Origin: Welwitschia mirabilis
Lineage: Eukaryota
Reading direction: 5' to 3'
Length of the DNA: 55,975 nucleotides
NCBI GenBank assembly: GCA_051453625.1
Contig: JBOZIK010000001.1
Coordinates: 14,623,232 to 14,679,206, forward strand
The position numbers and the translations under genes are program-made. Positions within the stretch are counted from its first letter, which is position 1; each line of letters begins with the position of its first letter. Under the pieces are notes generated by a model. The model saw nothing but the letters and a program-made list of their open reading frames with translations. It did no database searches and was not told the origin of the DNA. Below, piece by piece: positions 26,424-39,600 of this stretch.

Positions 26424-28339
26424 TAGGTCTATTTTTACCCCACCCTTTAACCTTTTTTTAGAGTATTTTTTTATGGTTTCTTAGGAGCTATTAGCCATAT
26501 TTTTAGTATTTTTCCTCTCTCAAAGAATTCTATTAATAGGTCTTTATTTTATCTAATGTTATTTAACTCATCTATGTTTATTGGAGGATTACTTAGTGTC
26601 TTTAGTCTCTTCTTTTATAAGGTGTTAAAAGAGGTTGTATTTCTTATCTAGTTTCTTCTTTTCCTTTAGCTAGACTATAGTATTCTTTACCATTTTCTCT
26701 TTCTTTTATTTATGCTAGCAATTATTCTGATTATGCCCTGTCTTTTGATAAAAATAGCATGTTTCCTGTTGTTTTCTTGTAATGTTACTCAGTATTTTNN
26801 NNNNNNNNNNNNNNNNNNNNNNNNNNNNNNNNNNNNNNNNNNNNNNNNNNNNNNNNNNNNNNNNNNNNNNNNNNNNNNNNNNNNNNNNNNNNNNNNNNAC
26901 CATAAATCTCTAAGAATTTCTATTTCTCTATTGTTCTAAATCTTACCCCCCATTTTCTCCTAGTGGCATAGACATTGATTAAAATCCCTCACTATAAGCC
27001 ACTTGTTCTTATCCACTACTATCTTCTAAAAGTTCTTTAAGATGAAGGCTTTATCTGTGTTGTTTTAAGGGTTGTAAATATTTATTATGGTTTATCCTTC
27101 TTCATTTAGAAAGATAATTAGGTGATTCTTACTATGATTGACTAATTCTATCTCCTTATTCATGAGAGTTATAAGACCTCCTGAGTTTTCTTGAACTACA
27201 GAGGTGAAGATGTTCCATTATTATTCTATATTTTCTAATTTCATATCATATCATATTTTTGTTTCCTATAAGTAAAATAATTTAATATTAAATTTATTTA
27301 CTAGATCTCTTAGGGTCTTTTTCTTGTAGAAAACACTAATCCCTTATAATTCCATATGAGGTAATTCATTAGTTTTGTTTTTGCACCTTAACCTTTTTTT
27401 AGAGAGTTTTTTATGGTTTCTTGGGATCTATTAGCCATATTTTTAGTAGTTTTCCTCTCTCAAAGGATTCTATTACTAAGTATTCCTTTTATCTATTGTT
27501 ATTTGACTCATCTGTGTTTATTGGATTTTGGGATTACGTAGTGTCTTAGCCTCTTCTTCCATAAGGTGTTAAAAGGAGTTGTATTTTCTATCGGTAGACT
27601 ATAGTATTCTTTACCATTTTCTCTTTCTTCTATTTATGTTAACAATCATTCTAATTATGCCCTATCTTTTCACAAAAAAATCATGTTTCCTTTTGTTTTC
27701 CTTTAATGTCAATAATTATTTTTCTACATTCTTCCTTTTTGTGACCCCTTCTTCCATAATGGGAGCATCTCTTTTTTATTGACATTCATTTTCTTGAGAT
27801 GTATTCTAACTTTCCACATGTTTCACATGGTACCAGGAGGTTCTTATAGGTGANNNNNNNNNNNNNNNNNNNNNNNNNNNNNNNNNNNNNNNNNNNNNNN
27901 NNNNNNNNNNNNNNNNNNNNNNNNNNNNNNNNNNNNNNNNNNNNNNNNNNNNNCCTCACTATTAGCCACTTGGTCTCATCCACCACTATCTTCTAAAAGT
28001 CCTCTAAGGTGGAGGCTTTATCTGTGTTGTTTTAAGGATTGTAAACATTTATTATGGTTTCTTATTCTTCCTTTAGAAAGATAGTTAGGTGATTCTTACT
28101 TTTATTGACTAATTCTATCTCCATATTCATGAGAGACATAAGACCTCCTAAGTTTTCTTAAGATATAGAGATTAAGATGTTCCACTATTGCTCTAGATTT
28201 TCTAATTTCATTTCATATTGCATTTTTTTTCCTATAAGCAAACTATTTTAATATTAAATTTATTTACCAGATCTCTTAGGGTCTTTTTCTTATAGGAGAC
28301 CTTAATCCCTTGTAATTACATATGAGGTAATCCATTAGG

Positions 28340-29600
28340 TCTATTTTTTCCCCACCCTTTAACCTTTTTTTAGAGTGTTCTTGATGGTTGCTTAGGAGCT
28401 ATTACCCATATTTGTAGTATTTTTCCTCTCTGAAAGGATTCTATTAATAGGTCTTCCTTTTATCTAATTTTATTTGACTCATCTGTGTTTATTGGATTTT
28501 GGGATTACTTAGTGTCTTTAGTCTCTTATTTTATAAGGTGTTGAAAGAGGTTGTATTTCCTATTTATTTTCTTCTTTTCCTTTGACTTGACTATAGTATT
28601 CTTTACCATTTTCTCTTTCTTCTCTTTATGCTAGCAATCATTCTGATTATGCTCTATCTTTTGACAAAAAGAGCATGTTTTATTTTGTTTTCCTTTAATG
28701 TTAATAAGTCTTTTTCTACATTCTTCCTTTTTGTGGCCCCTTATTCGATAATGGGAGCATCTCTTTTTTATTAACATGCATCTTCCTAAGATGTATTCTA
28801 ACTTTCCACATGTTTCACATGATACTCGGAGGTTCTCATAAGTGACTTTAAAATTATATGTGGTCCACTTAGATTTGACTCATACAAACCCAAACCCTGC
28901 TCTGTCCTTGCCTGGTGCAACAAACCCTGATACCGATTGATGAGGTGAACCGAATTGTCTACACAATTACTGGCCACCTACGCTTCCCCTGCCTACACAT
29001 TACATGACCCCACTACTGAAACTAACTACATGGGATTGTATCTCCTTTATTTCTTCTAAACCCATCCACACATGAAGTCTTATAAGAATCAATCTTGTCT
29101 ATTTTGTGGTTATTCTATCTAGCTTTATTAGTTCATTAAACTCAAAAGTGATTTTCTTCAAGAGATCTTCATCCTAGAACTTCAAGAATAATTTAAGGAT
29201 ACAAATCCATATTGGCAATTTTTAAAATAAATTTGGATTTGCCTACAATCCCAGTGTTCATTTGGCTAGATCTAAACCCTTCACTCTAAAAACCTAAGAT
29301 CCTCTCATAATGATATCATCACTATCTCATTCATTATCCAACTAGAAAAGTATTAATCCTTTTAGCATGGTTATGACCTTAACTTTACTAACCCCAGTCT
29401 ATTTTATGACTATCCATTCTCTGATTTAATCTAGTCTAGGTATTAGATCAAACCAAATGAACTTACTGATTAAACAATATTGAATTTTCTTCTCTATTTC
29501 TAAATAAGCACCTTCATCTATGTTTAAGACTAGGTTTTTTTTCTTTCTTGGAGAACTAGATCTTCTCCATTTTGAGGAAACAAACCCCTCTTTTATAACT
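28340..29600 (-). pseudogene. LINE ORF1 pseudogene (DUF4283/RRM-like region plus zinc-knuckle remnant)
   Basis: KIQYCLISKF; GLILF*LDNE*DSDDIIMRGS*VF (GPW.F); LPIWICILKLFLKF*; PCS*FQ*WGHV. A second copy of the 5' part lies at 30211-30780. Confidence 0.75.
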
Positions 29601-29798
29601 AGTTTGAATCAATGCAAAAATAACCAATAAATATTGCAAATTACCTGTAATTCATCTGATTAGGAGCCAATACATTTACTTACACATTGTAGATTTCTAG
29701 AATTAAAAATGCCCTTGTCAAGCTAGTACCTTCCAAACCCTAGCTTCCTCCTTCACTTTAGCTCTTTCAATCAAGTGGTACCGTTATTAATGATTATT

Positions 29799-32570
29799 AT
29801 TACTTTACATGAATAGCATTTCTTACATATAAGAATGAGGCCTTTGACATCTTTTCTAAGTTATGTATTAGGTTATAAAATCCAAAGGAATACAAAATTT
29901 AGATAACAAGAAGAGATAAGGGAATTGAGTTCAAGAATGCAAAGTTTAAAGATTTTTGTAAATAGCTTCGTATTCTTTACCAATTCTCTGCATCAAGAAA
30001 ACACAACAAAATGGAATTGAAAAAAGAATAGGATTCTAAATGAAATGATAAGAATTATGATGCATAATTAATAGATTCCATATCTTTTTTAGGTGAAAGC
30101 CATTAACACTNNNNNNNNNNNNNNNNNNNNNNNNNNNNNNNNNNNNNNNNNNNNNNNNNNNNNNNNNNNNNNNNNNNNNNNNNNNNNNNNNNNNNNNNNN
30201 NNNNNNNNNNATTGGTAGTTTTTTAAATAGATTTGGATTTAAGTGCACCCCTAATGTTTATTTGGCTAGAGGTAATCCCCTCACTCTAAAAAATCAAATT
30301 ATCTCATAATAACCTCATCAAGATCTCATTCATTATTCAACTAGAAAAGCACTAATCCTTTTGGCATGGTTATGACCTCAACTTTACTAATCCTAGTCTA
30401 TTTTATGGCTACCCATTCTCTGATTTGATCTAGTTTAGGTCTTAGACCAAACAAAATGAAATTACTGATTAAACTATATTGAAGTTTCTTCTCTTTTTAT
30501 AAATAAGCACATTTATCTATGTCTAATACTAGGGTTTTTCCTTTCTTGAAGAACTGGATCTTCTCCATTTTAAGGAAACAAACCCCTCTTTTATCACTAT
30601 TTTGAACTGATGCAAAAATAACCAAGAAATATTGCAACTTATGTATAATCCATCTGATTAGTTGCTGATACATCCCCTTACACATTTCAACTTTCTAGAA
30701 TTAAAACCCTCCTTACCAATCTAATACCTTCCAAACCCTAGCCGACTCTTTTGCTTCAACTCTTCTAGTCAAGTGGTATTGTTATTGATGATTAGTATCA
30801 CTTCACATTCATAGCATTTCTTGCATACAAGTATGAGGCCTTCAACATCTTTTATAAGTTGTATGTTAGGTTACAAAATTAAAAGGAATACAAAATTAAG
30901 ATAACAAGAAGAGATAAGGGAATTGAGTTCAAGAATGAAAAGTTTAGAGATTTTTTTAAATAGCTTGGTATCCTTTACCAATTTTATGCATCAAGAATAC
31001 CACAACAAAATGGAATTGCTGGAAAAAAGAATAGGATTCTAAATGAAATGGTAAAAATAATGATGCACAATCAACATACTCCATATCATTTTTAGATGAA
31101 AGCCATTAACACTACTTGTTATGTTTCTAATAAATTTCTAGTAAGATACTTTACTTTGGGTAAGAAACCATTAGTACGTTATTTTCATATAATTGGATCT
31201 AAATGTTTCATTCTAAATAAAAAATCTAATCTAAGGAATTTGATTCCAAATTTAATAACTACATCATTTTGGGTTATTCTATGGTTAGTAAAGCCTATTA
31301 AGTATTTAATAATAGAACTTGTGTAGTAGAGAAAACTATTAATATTAAAATAGATGATACTGACTTAACTTTTGTTTGTCTACAAGCTCACTATTTGCTC
31401 ATATAACTTAACATCTAATAATCATTAAGTACAATGAGATCATGAGGATGATAAGGAATAATAAAATAAAGAAAATCTATTTAAATATTATCATGTTAAA
31501 ATAATCATTCTATAAGCAACATAATTGGTAGTGCTTATGGTGGTATTAAAATGTGAAGTTGTGCTAAGAAATTTTGTGCATTTCCAACTTATATCTTATA
31601 GATAGAACCCAAAAATCTTAATAACACAAAAATTGATGAGTATTAAATGCAAGAAATCTAAGAAGAATTAAATTAATTTGAAAGTTGTGAAGTTTGAAAA
31701 CTCACTTCAACGCCATCCAATAAATCCATAATTGGCATAAAATGGATGTTTATAACAAGAAGACATAAATTTAAAGAAACACTTACATAAGTGATACATA
31801 TAGAATTTGTAAGAATTATTTTGGCTTTTTCATATGTTAAAGGATTTAGACTATCATATGGATGTTATGAGTGCCTTTCTAAAGAAAGTACTCTAAAAGG
31901 AGGTATACACTGATAAATCTAAAGGTTTTATTAATTCTTATAAATTAGTTTATGTTTATAGGTTGAAAAAAGCTCTTTGTAATCTCATAAAAGCATCTAG
32001 AGCTTCATATGAGATACTATTAAAAAATCTAATAGAAAATGGATTTAAAAGAGGTATATAAAATATTACTTTATTTATTAAAATAGATGATAAGAATTTT
32101 ACTGTCATACAAATCTATGTAAATGATGTCATCTTTTGTGCTACTTATAATTATTATGTAAGAAGTTTTCTAGTGTTATGTAGGATGAACTTAAAATAAG
32201 CCTCATGAGAGAAATGGCCAATCTTTTGGGGCTTTAAGTTATGCAACAAAAATAAGGTTTATTATTTTCATAATATAAATATATTAATAATTTATTATAA
32301 AAGTATGGATTATAAGATTATAAGCCAAAAGACATTCCAATGATCTAAAGCAAAAAATTGGATAAGGATGAATATGGTAAAAGAGTTGATTAAAATTCAT
32401 ACAGATGTTTGATTGATGATTTATTATATCTTAGAGCTAGTAGACCTGATATTGTATTAATTATAAGAACTTGTGCTCATTATCCAAGTAATCCTAGATA
32501 ATTACATCTTATGAATGTTAAAATTATGTTTCATTATTCAAAAGGTACTAGTAATAGGAGCCTTTGGTAT
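29799..32570 (+). pseudogene. pol: Copia integrase core and reverse transcriptase, continuing the element split by the LINE
   Basis: FT*IAFLTYKNEAF; GIEFKN; RIPQQNGIAGKKNR; IEPKNL; IYVNDVI (YVDD); RASRPDI; ends at LWY. The segment 29799-30110 is repeated from ~30797. Confidence 0.88.
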
Positions 32571-33829
32571 TATTATCATGTAAAAATTAACATTCTAATG
32601 AAGTTAATTAATCAATTTAGTTTAATGAAAGATATTAATATAACTAATTTATCATAAAAATATTATTTTATTTAATTTTTCATAATAATTATAAACTCAT
32701 CATCTTTTCATGACATTGGTAGGATATTTATTTCACTTTAAAGAACACACCTTGAGATGGTAAACATCTAGCTAGAAACGTTAATGCTGCTATTTAGGTT
32801 ACCTAGCATCATTGATTCTTTTGTGAAGAATACTTTAAAAATTATGTTTTTGAGTTATCATGTGAAATTAATCCAAATGTAATTATGATCTTAATTGGAT
32901 TTCACATCAAAAGTAACTTGTTTCTTGGCCAATATGTAGTGATGATGACAATGACATGTACTAGTGATATGTGGCATTACTGAGTATGATGATAATCGAG
33001 ACACATAGCTATAATAGCATTTATCAGAAGCAGTAGCATCTAGAAGTGAAGTATTAGGATTGTCATGATCATTTGTATCTAATGCAAGAGGAAAATGCCT
33101 TACCTGACACTATGTATTATATTTTATAACTGCTTACCTAATGCTATAAGCCAAAGGTTTATAACCACTTCTAATCCCATCTTTTCCTATTAAAATATCT
33201 TTAACCCTTCATTATAACATTCTTCATTTTGGTAAAAGAATAGAATCTCTAGAGCATCAAGTCATGATGGCCTTCTTAGTGCTATATTTGGGGATTAAGC
33301 TTGCTTCAAAGATAACTTAAGGTATTCTTTTAACTTCTTTCTTCATTTGATGTAATGTGACTTTATTGATTTAATACATAATTGTTATTTTATTTTGACT
33401 ATTAGTCATAAATTAATTTATACTTTTAATACTTAAGTAACAACTTTACTTTCAAATTATATTGCTATTTAAGTAAATTTTAAATTACTTAGTTTGAGTC
33501 TTTTTTAACTTGATGGATTTTGAGTACCTTAGTAAATGAAATTATGTCATCATAACATGAACCATTATCTCCCAATAGTTTGAAGTATGTTATAAGAAAA
33601 GTGCAATATATCATTAGAGTGAAGACTCACTACTGAATAAGTTAGGCAAAAACTTGAAGCTTGCTTACTTTTCTATCTTTCCAATGAAGATTTAAAATAA
33701 TATTCTCAACTCCTTCTATTTTCCTTTTCTTAAGTTTTAACTTATAATTGCATAAGATTTTTCTGACTTCTAAAATCCTATCCTAAGTATTAATGTAGTT
33801 TAAATCTAGTTCATTACACTTAATGAATA
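32571..33829 (+). repeat. 5' LTR of the Athila-like element (diverged second copy at 34929-36178)
   Basis: Bounded by the Copia RT breakpoint and the PBS, with a TATA-like cctat(t/a)aaaa at ~33187 and ~35509. The termini are decayed, so the ends are approximate. Confidence 0.65.
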
Positions 33830-36180
33830 GATTTTATCATTACTAGAGATAATGGCATGGTAGCTACTTAAAAAGAGCACAAATTTACTTTCAAGATTTC
33901 AATTAGTTTTTATTTTCCTAGTGGTTGGTACTAGTCCTCTCCAATGAAATCCAAACTAGTCCATTTTATTTTTCTTTTTTTTCTCTTTCATTTCTTTTTA
34001 GTGGTTAATACTGGTCATTTTCAATGATATTTAAACTAGTTTATTTTTAATTTTTTTTAAGTTTTCTACTCAGACTTGATTTTTGTAGTAGGTCTAATAG
34101 TGTTTTTGCAAGTAGTAAGTAAAGGTAAAAAACTAAAATTTATATCATTTAATTTGCATGCTTTATTTTATCTCTTGTATTTTTAATTTAGTTCTTAATT
34201 TTTTGTGTGAATTAACTATCATAAATACTAAAAATACTAAAAAGTTTTTGATTTAATTTTCATGATAATATTGTTTTTATTTTATCTTACATTTTTTCTA
34301 TAACCCTATCTTGTCGATCACTTCATGAGAACTATGTGAACCTTTGTGATTTTTTGATAAGTAAAACTTATAGCTACATTGAAGCTATTGTAGTTCCTCA
34401 CTAACACCATTAGCCTTTTTAATACAAAGCCTTTGAGACTTTTTACTAAGACTTCTATTAAACTTTAAGACCCTTCCATCATTTTAGTTTTCTCAAAAAC
34501 TTTCCATAATCTATCTAAGACCTATATGAACCTTACATGCCTCATATTTGAGATGATTCAAGAAGATTAATTAAAAACCCCTTTAAAATAAACCCCACTA
34601 GTAGAGAAGAATAAAGAATTCCTTAGAAAAATCAACCCCAAAATTATGCTTAAAGAGAATAAGCCCTCTCAACCTAACAACAAAATGTAAATTCCTAATT
34701 TAGTTTCCAATTTTTCTTTAATGAACCATTATCAAATAAAAATATAATTAACTAATTAACTACCTTCTACTTTACCTAAAAGATGGTTAAAATCAAAATA
34801 GTATAGTTAAAAATCTATCCAAGTAAACNNNNNNNNNNNNNNNNNNNNNNNNNNNNNNNNNNNNNNNNNNNNNNNNNNNNNNNNNNNNNNNNNNNNNNNN
34901 NNNNNNNNNNNNNNNNNNNNNNNNNNNNCTAATGAAGTTAATTAACTAATTTATTTTAATGAAATATATTAATGTAATTAATTTATCATAAAAATATGTT
35001 TTTATTTAATTTTTCATAATAATTATGAACTCGTCATCTTTCCATGACATTGTCAGGATATTTATTTTACTTTGAAGGACACACCTTGAAATGGTAAACA
35101 TCTAGCTGAAAACACCAATGCTGCTATCTAGGTTACCTAGCATCATCGATCCTTTTGTGAAGAATACCTTAAAACTTATGTTTTTAAGTTATCATATGAA
35201 ATTAATCCAAATTTAATTATGGTCTTAATTGGATTTCACATCATAAGTAACTTGTTTCTTGGCCAATATGTAGTAGTAATGATGATGACATGTACTAGCA
35301 ATATGTGGCATTATTGAGTATAGTGATAATGGAGATACATAACTATAATAGCATTTAGCAAAAGTAGTAGCATCTAGAAGTAAAGTATTGGGATTGTGAT
35401 GATGATTTCTATTTAATGCAAGAGGAAAAATGTCTTACCTTATATTTTAAGCTACTTACCTAATGTTATAAGCCAAAAGTTTATAACCACTTCCAATCCC
35501 ATCTTTTCCTATAAAAATATCTTTAACCTTCATTATAACATCCTTTATTTTGTTAAAAGAATAGAATCTCTATAGCATCAAGTCATGATGACCTTCTTAG
35601 TGTTGTATTTTGGGAGTAAGCTTGCTTCAAAGATAACTTAAGGCATTCTTTTATCTTCTTTCTTCCTTTGATGTAACATGACTTTATTGATTTAATACAT
35701 AATTGTTATTTTCTTTTGATTGTTGGTCATAAATGACTTTATACTTTTAATGCTTATGTAACAACTTTACTTTTAAATTCCATTGCTATTTAAGTAGATT
35801 TTAGAATTACTTGGTTTGAGTCTTCTTTAACTTGATGGATTTCAAATACCTTGGTAAATGAAATTATGTTATCATGACATGAACCATTATCTCTCAATAG
35901 TTTAAAGTATGTTATAAGAAAAGTGCAGTATATCATTAAAATGAAGAATCACTAGTGAGTAAGTTAGGCAAAAACTTGAACCTTGCTTACTTTCCTATCT
36001 TTCCAATGAAGATTTAACATAATACTCTCAACTTCTTCTATTTTCCTTTTATTAAGTTTTAACTTGTAAGTGCATAAGATTTTTGTGACTTCTAAAACCC
36101 TATCCTAAGTATCCCTATGAAGAGAATGATACTAAGTACTAATGTAGTTTAAATCTAGTTCATTAGAATTAATGAATAGA

Positions 36181-36201
36181 TTTTAACATCATTACTAGAG
36201 A
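36181..36201 (+). promoter_or_regulatory. Decayed Athila-type PBS (partial copy at 33832-33849)
   Basis: TTTTAACATCATTACTAGAGA aligns without gaps to TTTTGGCGCCGTTGCCGGGGA with 9 differences, all G>A or C>T. Confidence 0.7.
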
Positions 36202-37199
36202 TAATGGCATGGTAGCTACTTAGAAAGAGCATAAATTTACTTTCTTGCAAGATTTTAATTAGTTTTTATTTTCCTAGCATTTGGTACTAGTCCTTTTCAA
36301 TGAAATCCAAACTAGTCCATTTTATTTTTCTTTAGTTTCTCTTTTATTTATTTTTAGTGATTAGTACTGGTCATTTTCAATGATATTTAAACTAGTCTAG
36401 TTTTAATTTTTTTTTAGTTTTCTACTCAGACTTAATTTTTATTGTAGATTTAATAGTGTTTTTGCAAGTAGTAAGTAAAGGTTTAAAAAAGTAAATTTTA
36501 TCTCATTCAATTTGTATGCTTTATTTTATATCTTGTATTTTTAATTCAGTTTTTAATTTTTTTTTTTTTGGGAATTCACTATCATAAATACTAAAAATAC
36601 TAAAAAAATTTTGATTTAATTTTCATATTGATACTATTTTTCATTTATATTACATTTTTTCTATAAGCCTATCTTATCGATCACTTCATGATAACTGTGT
36701 GAACTTTTGTGATATTTTAATAAGTAAAACTTATATCTAAACTAGAGCTATTGTAGTTCCTTAGTAGCACCATTGGCCTTTTTAATATAAAGTTTTTGAG
36801 ACTTTTCTCTAAGGCCTCTATTAAATTTTAAATCCCTTTCATCATTTGAGTTTTTTCAAAAACTTTCCATAATCTATCTAAAACCTATATGAACCTTCCA
36901 TGTCTTGGATTTGAGATGATTCAAGAATGTTGATCAAAACCCCTTTAATATAAACTCCACTAGTAGAGAAGAATAAAGAATCCCTTAGAAAATCAACCCC
37001 AAAATAATGCTTAAAGAGAATAAGCCCTCTTAACCTAACAACAAAATGTGAATTCCTAATTTAGTTTCCAATTTTTCTTTAATGGACCATTATCAAATCA
37101 AAATATAATTAACTAATTAACTACAATCTACTTTACCCAAAAATGATTAAAAATCAAAATAGTATAGTCAAAAATCCATCCAAGCAAACCCTTCATGAT

Positions 37200-39600
37200 T
37201 ACCTTCAACTACAATGCTCAGAAATACCTTAATGCATAGTGTAGTCACCTATAAATCAAAGATTAAAATTTAAGCCATCTACCATCTAGCTTTTACCTCA
37301 CTTTCATGGATTATAATCTAGTGATCTATAGTTTTACCTTTAGAATTTCGAANNNNNNNNNNNNNNNNNNNNNNNNNNNNNNNNNNNNNNNNNNNNNNNN
37401 NNNNNNNNNNNNNNNNNNNNNNNNNNNNNNNNNNNNNNNNNNNNNNNNNNNNTAAAAATCTATCCAAGTAAACCCTTCATGATTACCTTCAACTGCAATG
37501 CTCATAAATACCTTAATGTATAGTGTAATTACCTATAAATCAAAGGTTAAAATTCAAGCCATCTATCATCTAGCTTTTACCTGACTTTCATGGATTAGAA
37601 TCTAGGGATTTATACTTTTACCTTAAGAATTTTGAATGTATATTATTAATGGTACTGCAATATCCAGATACATGTAATACTCTTAGGCTCATCCTATTTC
37701 CATTTTTCTTGAAAGAAAAGGTGAAACCATGGCTTAATACCCTCAAGCANNNNNNNNNNNNNNNNNNNNNNNGATTCTACTATAAATTCAACAAGTCCTC
37801 CATATCAAAATTCTTCCAAATCATAAGACAAATTCCTTGAGAAGCAAAATACTGAACTCTTAGTAAAATATTATGATATATTTTCTCAAGCCTTATAAAG
37901 ATTTAAATACTTGTTGCAAGAATGTCCATATCATGGATTTGAAATATTATGATATATTATCTCAAGCCTTTTATAATTGGTTATCCACTAATAATAGGTA
38001 ACTAGTTGAAATGATAAGTAGGAATAGCTTTCTTAGTATGCCATTAGATAAAGTATTGAACTACCTTGAAATTGTAATTGAGAGCTTCAAAAATGAGGAG
38101 AAAATTAATAAACTATTAAAATCTCATTATCTTATTAGATTCACAAATTTATTCAAAGTAACAAAAAATTTTGAGATGAATCATAAGATAAATGAGTTAT
38201 CACAAAGAGTGGAATCATTATTCACCTCAACCTTACTCTTATCTCTCAAACCTAAATGCCTAATTTTTCTATATAGAAATCCATGAAATAGTTGAGTGTC
38301 CTTTTATTTTCTTATTTTAGCACACTATAAATGAGCAATTTAATGTAGTAGGACACTAGTGGTAAAACCAAAAGAATGACTCCTATTCTAATACCTATAA
38401 TCTCTGGGGAAAGAATCACCTCAACTTTTCTTTAAAGTAAGATAACATAATTAACTAACCAAGAAACCCATCACCTCGTTATCTTTTCATTCCTTTTCAT
38501 CTTTCATATTCTCATTAATGAATTAGTAAGAAGATTCATGGAAATACAATTTCAACTCAATCATAATCATGAATAAATACTAAAGTAACATTCCTCCTTA
38601 TTAAAAAAACCTCAAATAAAACACTCAATCTATTACTTAAGTTATCTAACAAGTCTAGCAAATCCAAATCCAAATTCCCAAACTTTTCATGATCTCTTAA
38701 CCAAATCCAAAACAAGTTAGGTTTACAAAAGGGGNNNNNNNNNNNNNNNNNNNNNNNNNNNNNNNNNNNNNNNNNNNNNNNNNNNNNNNNNNNNNNNNNN
38801 NNNNNNNNNNNNNNNNNNNNNNNNNNNNNNNNNNACACTCTTAGGCTTATCCTATTTCCATTTTCCTTGAAAGAAAAGGTGAAATCATGGCTTAATACCC
38901 TAAATTACTTGTTCATTAGATCCTAGTATAACTTCAACAAGTCCTCCATATCAAAATTCTTCTAAATCATAAGACAAATTCCTTGAGAAGCAAAATAATG
39001 GACTTTTAGAAAAATATTATGAGATCTTTTCTTAATACTTATAAATATTTAAATACTTGTTGCAAAAATTCCCATAGCATGGATTAGATCTAAGAAGAAA
39101 AATTAGTTTCTTTTATGATTGGTTATTCACTAATAATAGGTAACTAGTTGAAATGATGAGTAGAAATAGCTTTCTTAGTATGCCATCAGATAAAGTGTGG
39201 GACTACCTTGAAACTATAGTTAATAGCTTTAAAAATGAGGAGAAACTTAGTAAACTATTCAAATCTCATTATCTTATTAGATTCACAATTGTATTCAAAG
39301 TATCAAAAAATTTTAAGATGAATCATAAAATAAATGAGTTATCACAAAGTGTAGAATCATTATTCACTTCAATCTTACTCTTATCTCTTAAACCTGAATG
39401 CCTAATTTTTCTATATAGAAATCCATGAAATAGTTGAGTGTCCTTTTGTTTTCTTATTTTAGCACACTATAAATCAACAAGTTAATGTAGTAGGACACCA
39501 GTGGTAAAACCAAAAGAATGATCTTTTTCCAACACCTATAATCTTGAGGGAAAGAATCACCTAAACTTTTCCTTAAAGTAAGATAACTTAATTAACTAAC
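37200..39600 (+). pseudogene. gag: Athila-like gag pseudogene (overlapping duplicated segments)
   Basis: FKPSTI*LLPHFHGL; LRLILFPFFLKEKVKPWLNTL; CPYHGF; SNTYNLWGKNHLNFS (SNTYNPGWRNHPNFSW). Confidence 0.85.

Larger units (their letters stand above)
18231..29783 (-). mobile_element. Full-length L1-clade LINE, decayed, with several segments present in 2-3 diverged copies
   Basis: ORF1 and ORF2 motifs on the minus strand, a short A tail (...tttcaaaag), and flanking direct repeats TTATTAATGATTATT at 18216-18230 and 29784-29798. Confidence 0.88.

Noticed and set aside
26712..27782. Hydrophobic plus-strand ORFs
   Set aside because: They are antisense shadows of the A-rich, Lys-rich LINE ORF1 tail.
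34395..34420. ctaaca followed by ccattagcc as the LTR end and PBS
   Set aside because: A better PBS match lies upstream at 33832 and 36181.
32571..36178. Two adjacent similar LTRs as a complete small element or tandem LTR pair
   Set aside because: Both are followed by the same PBS and UTR and are separated by a gap, so they are alternative copies of one 5' LTR.
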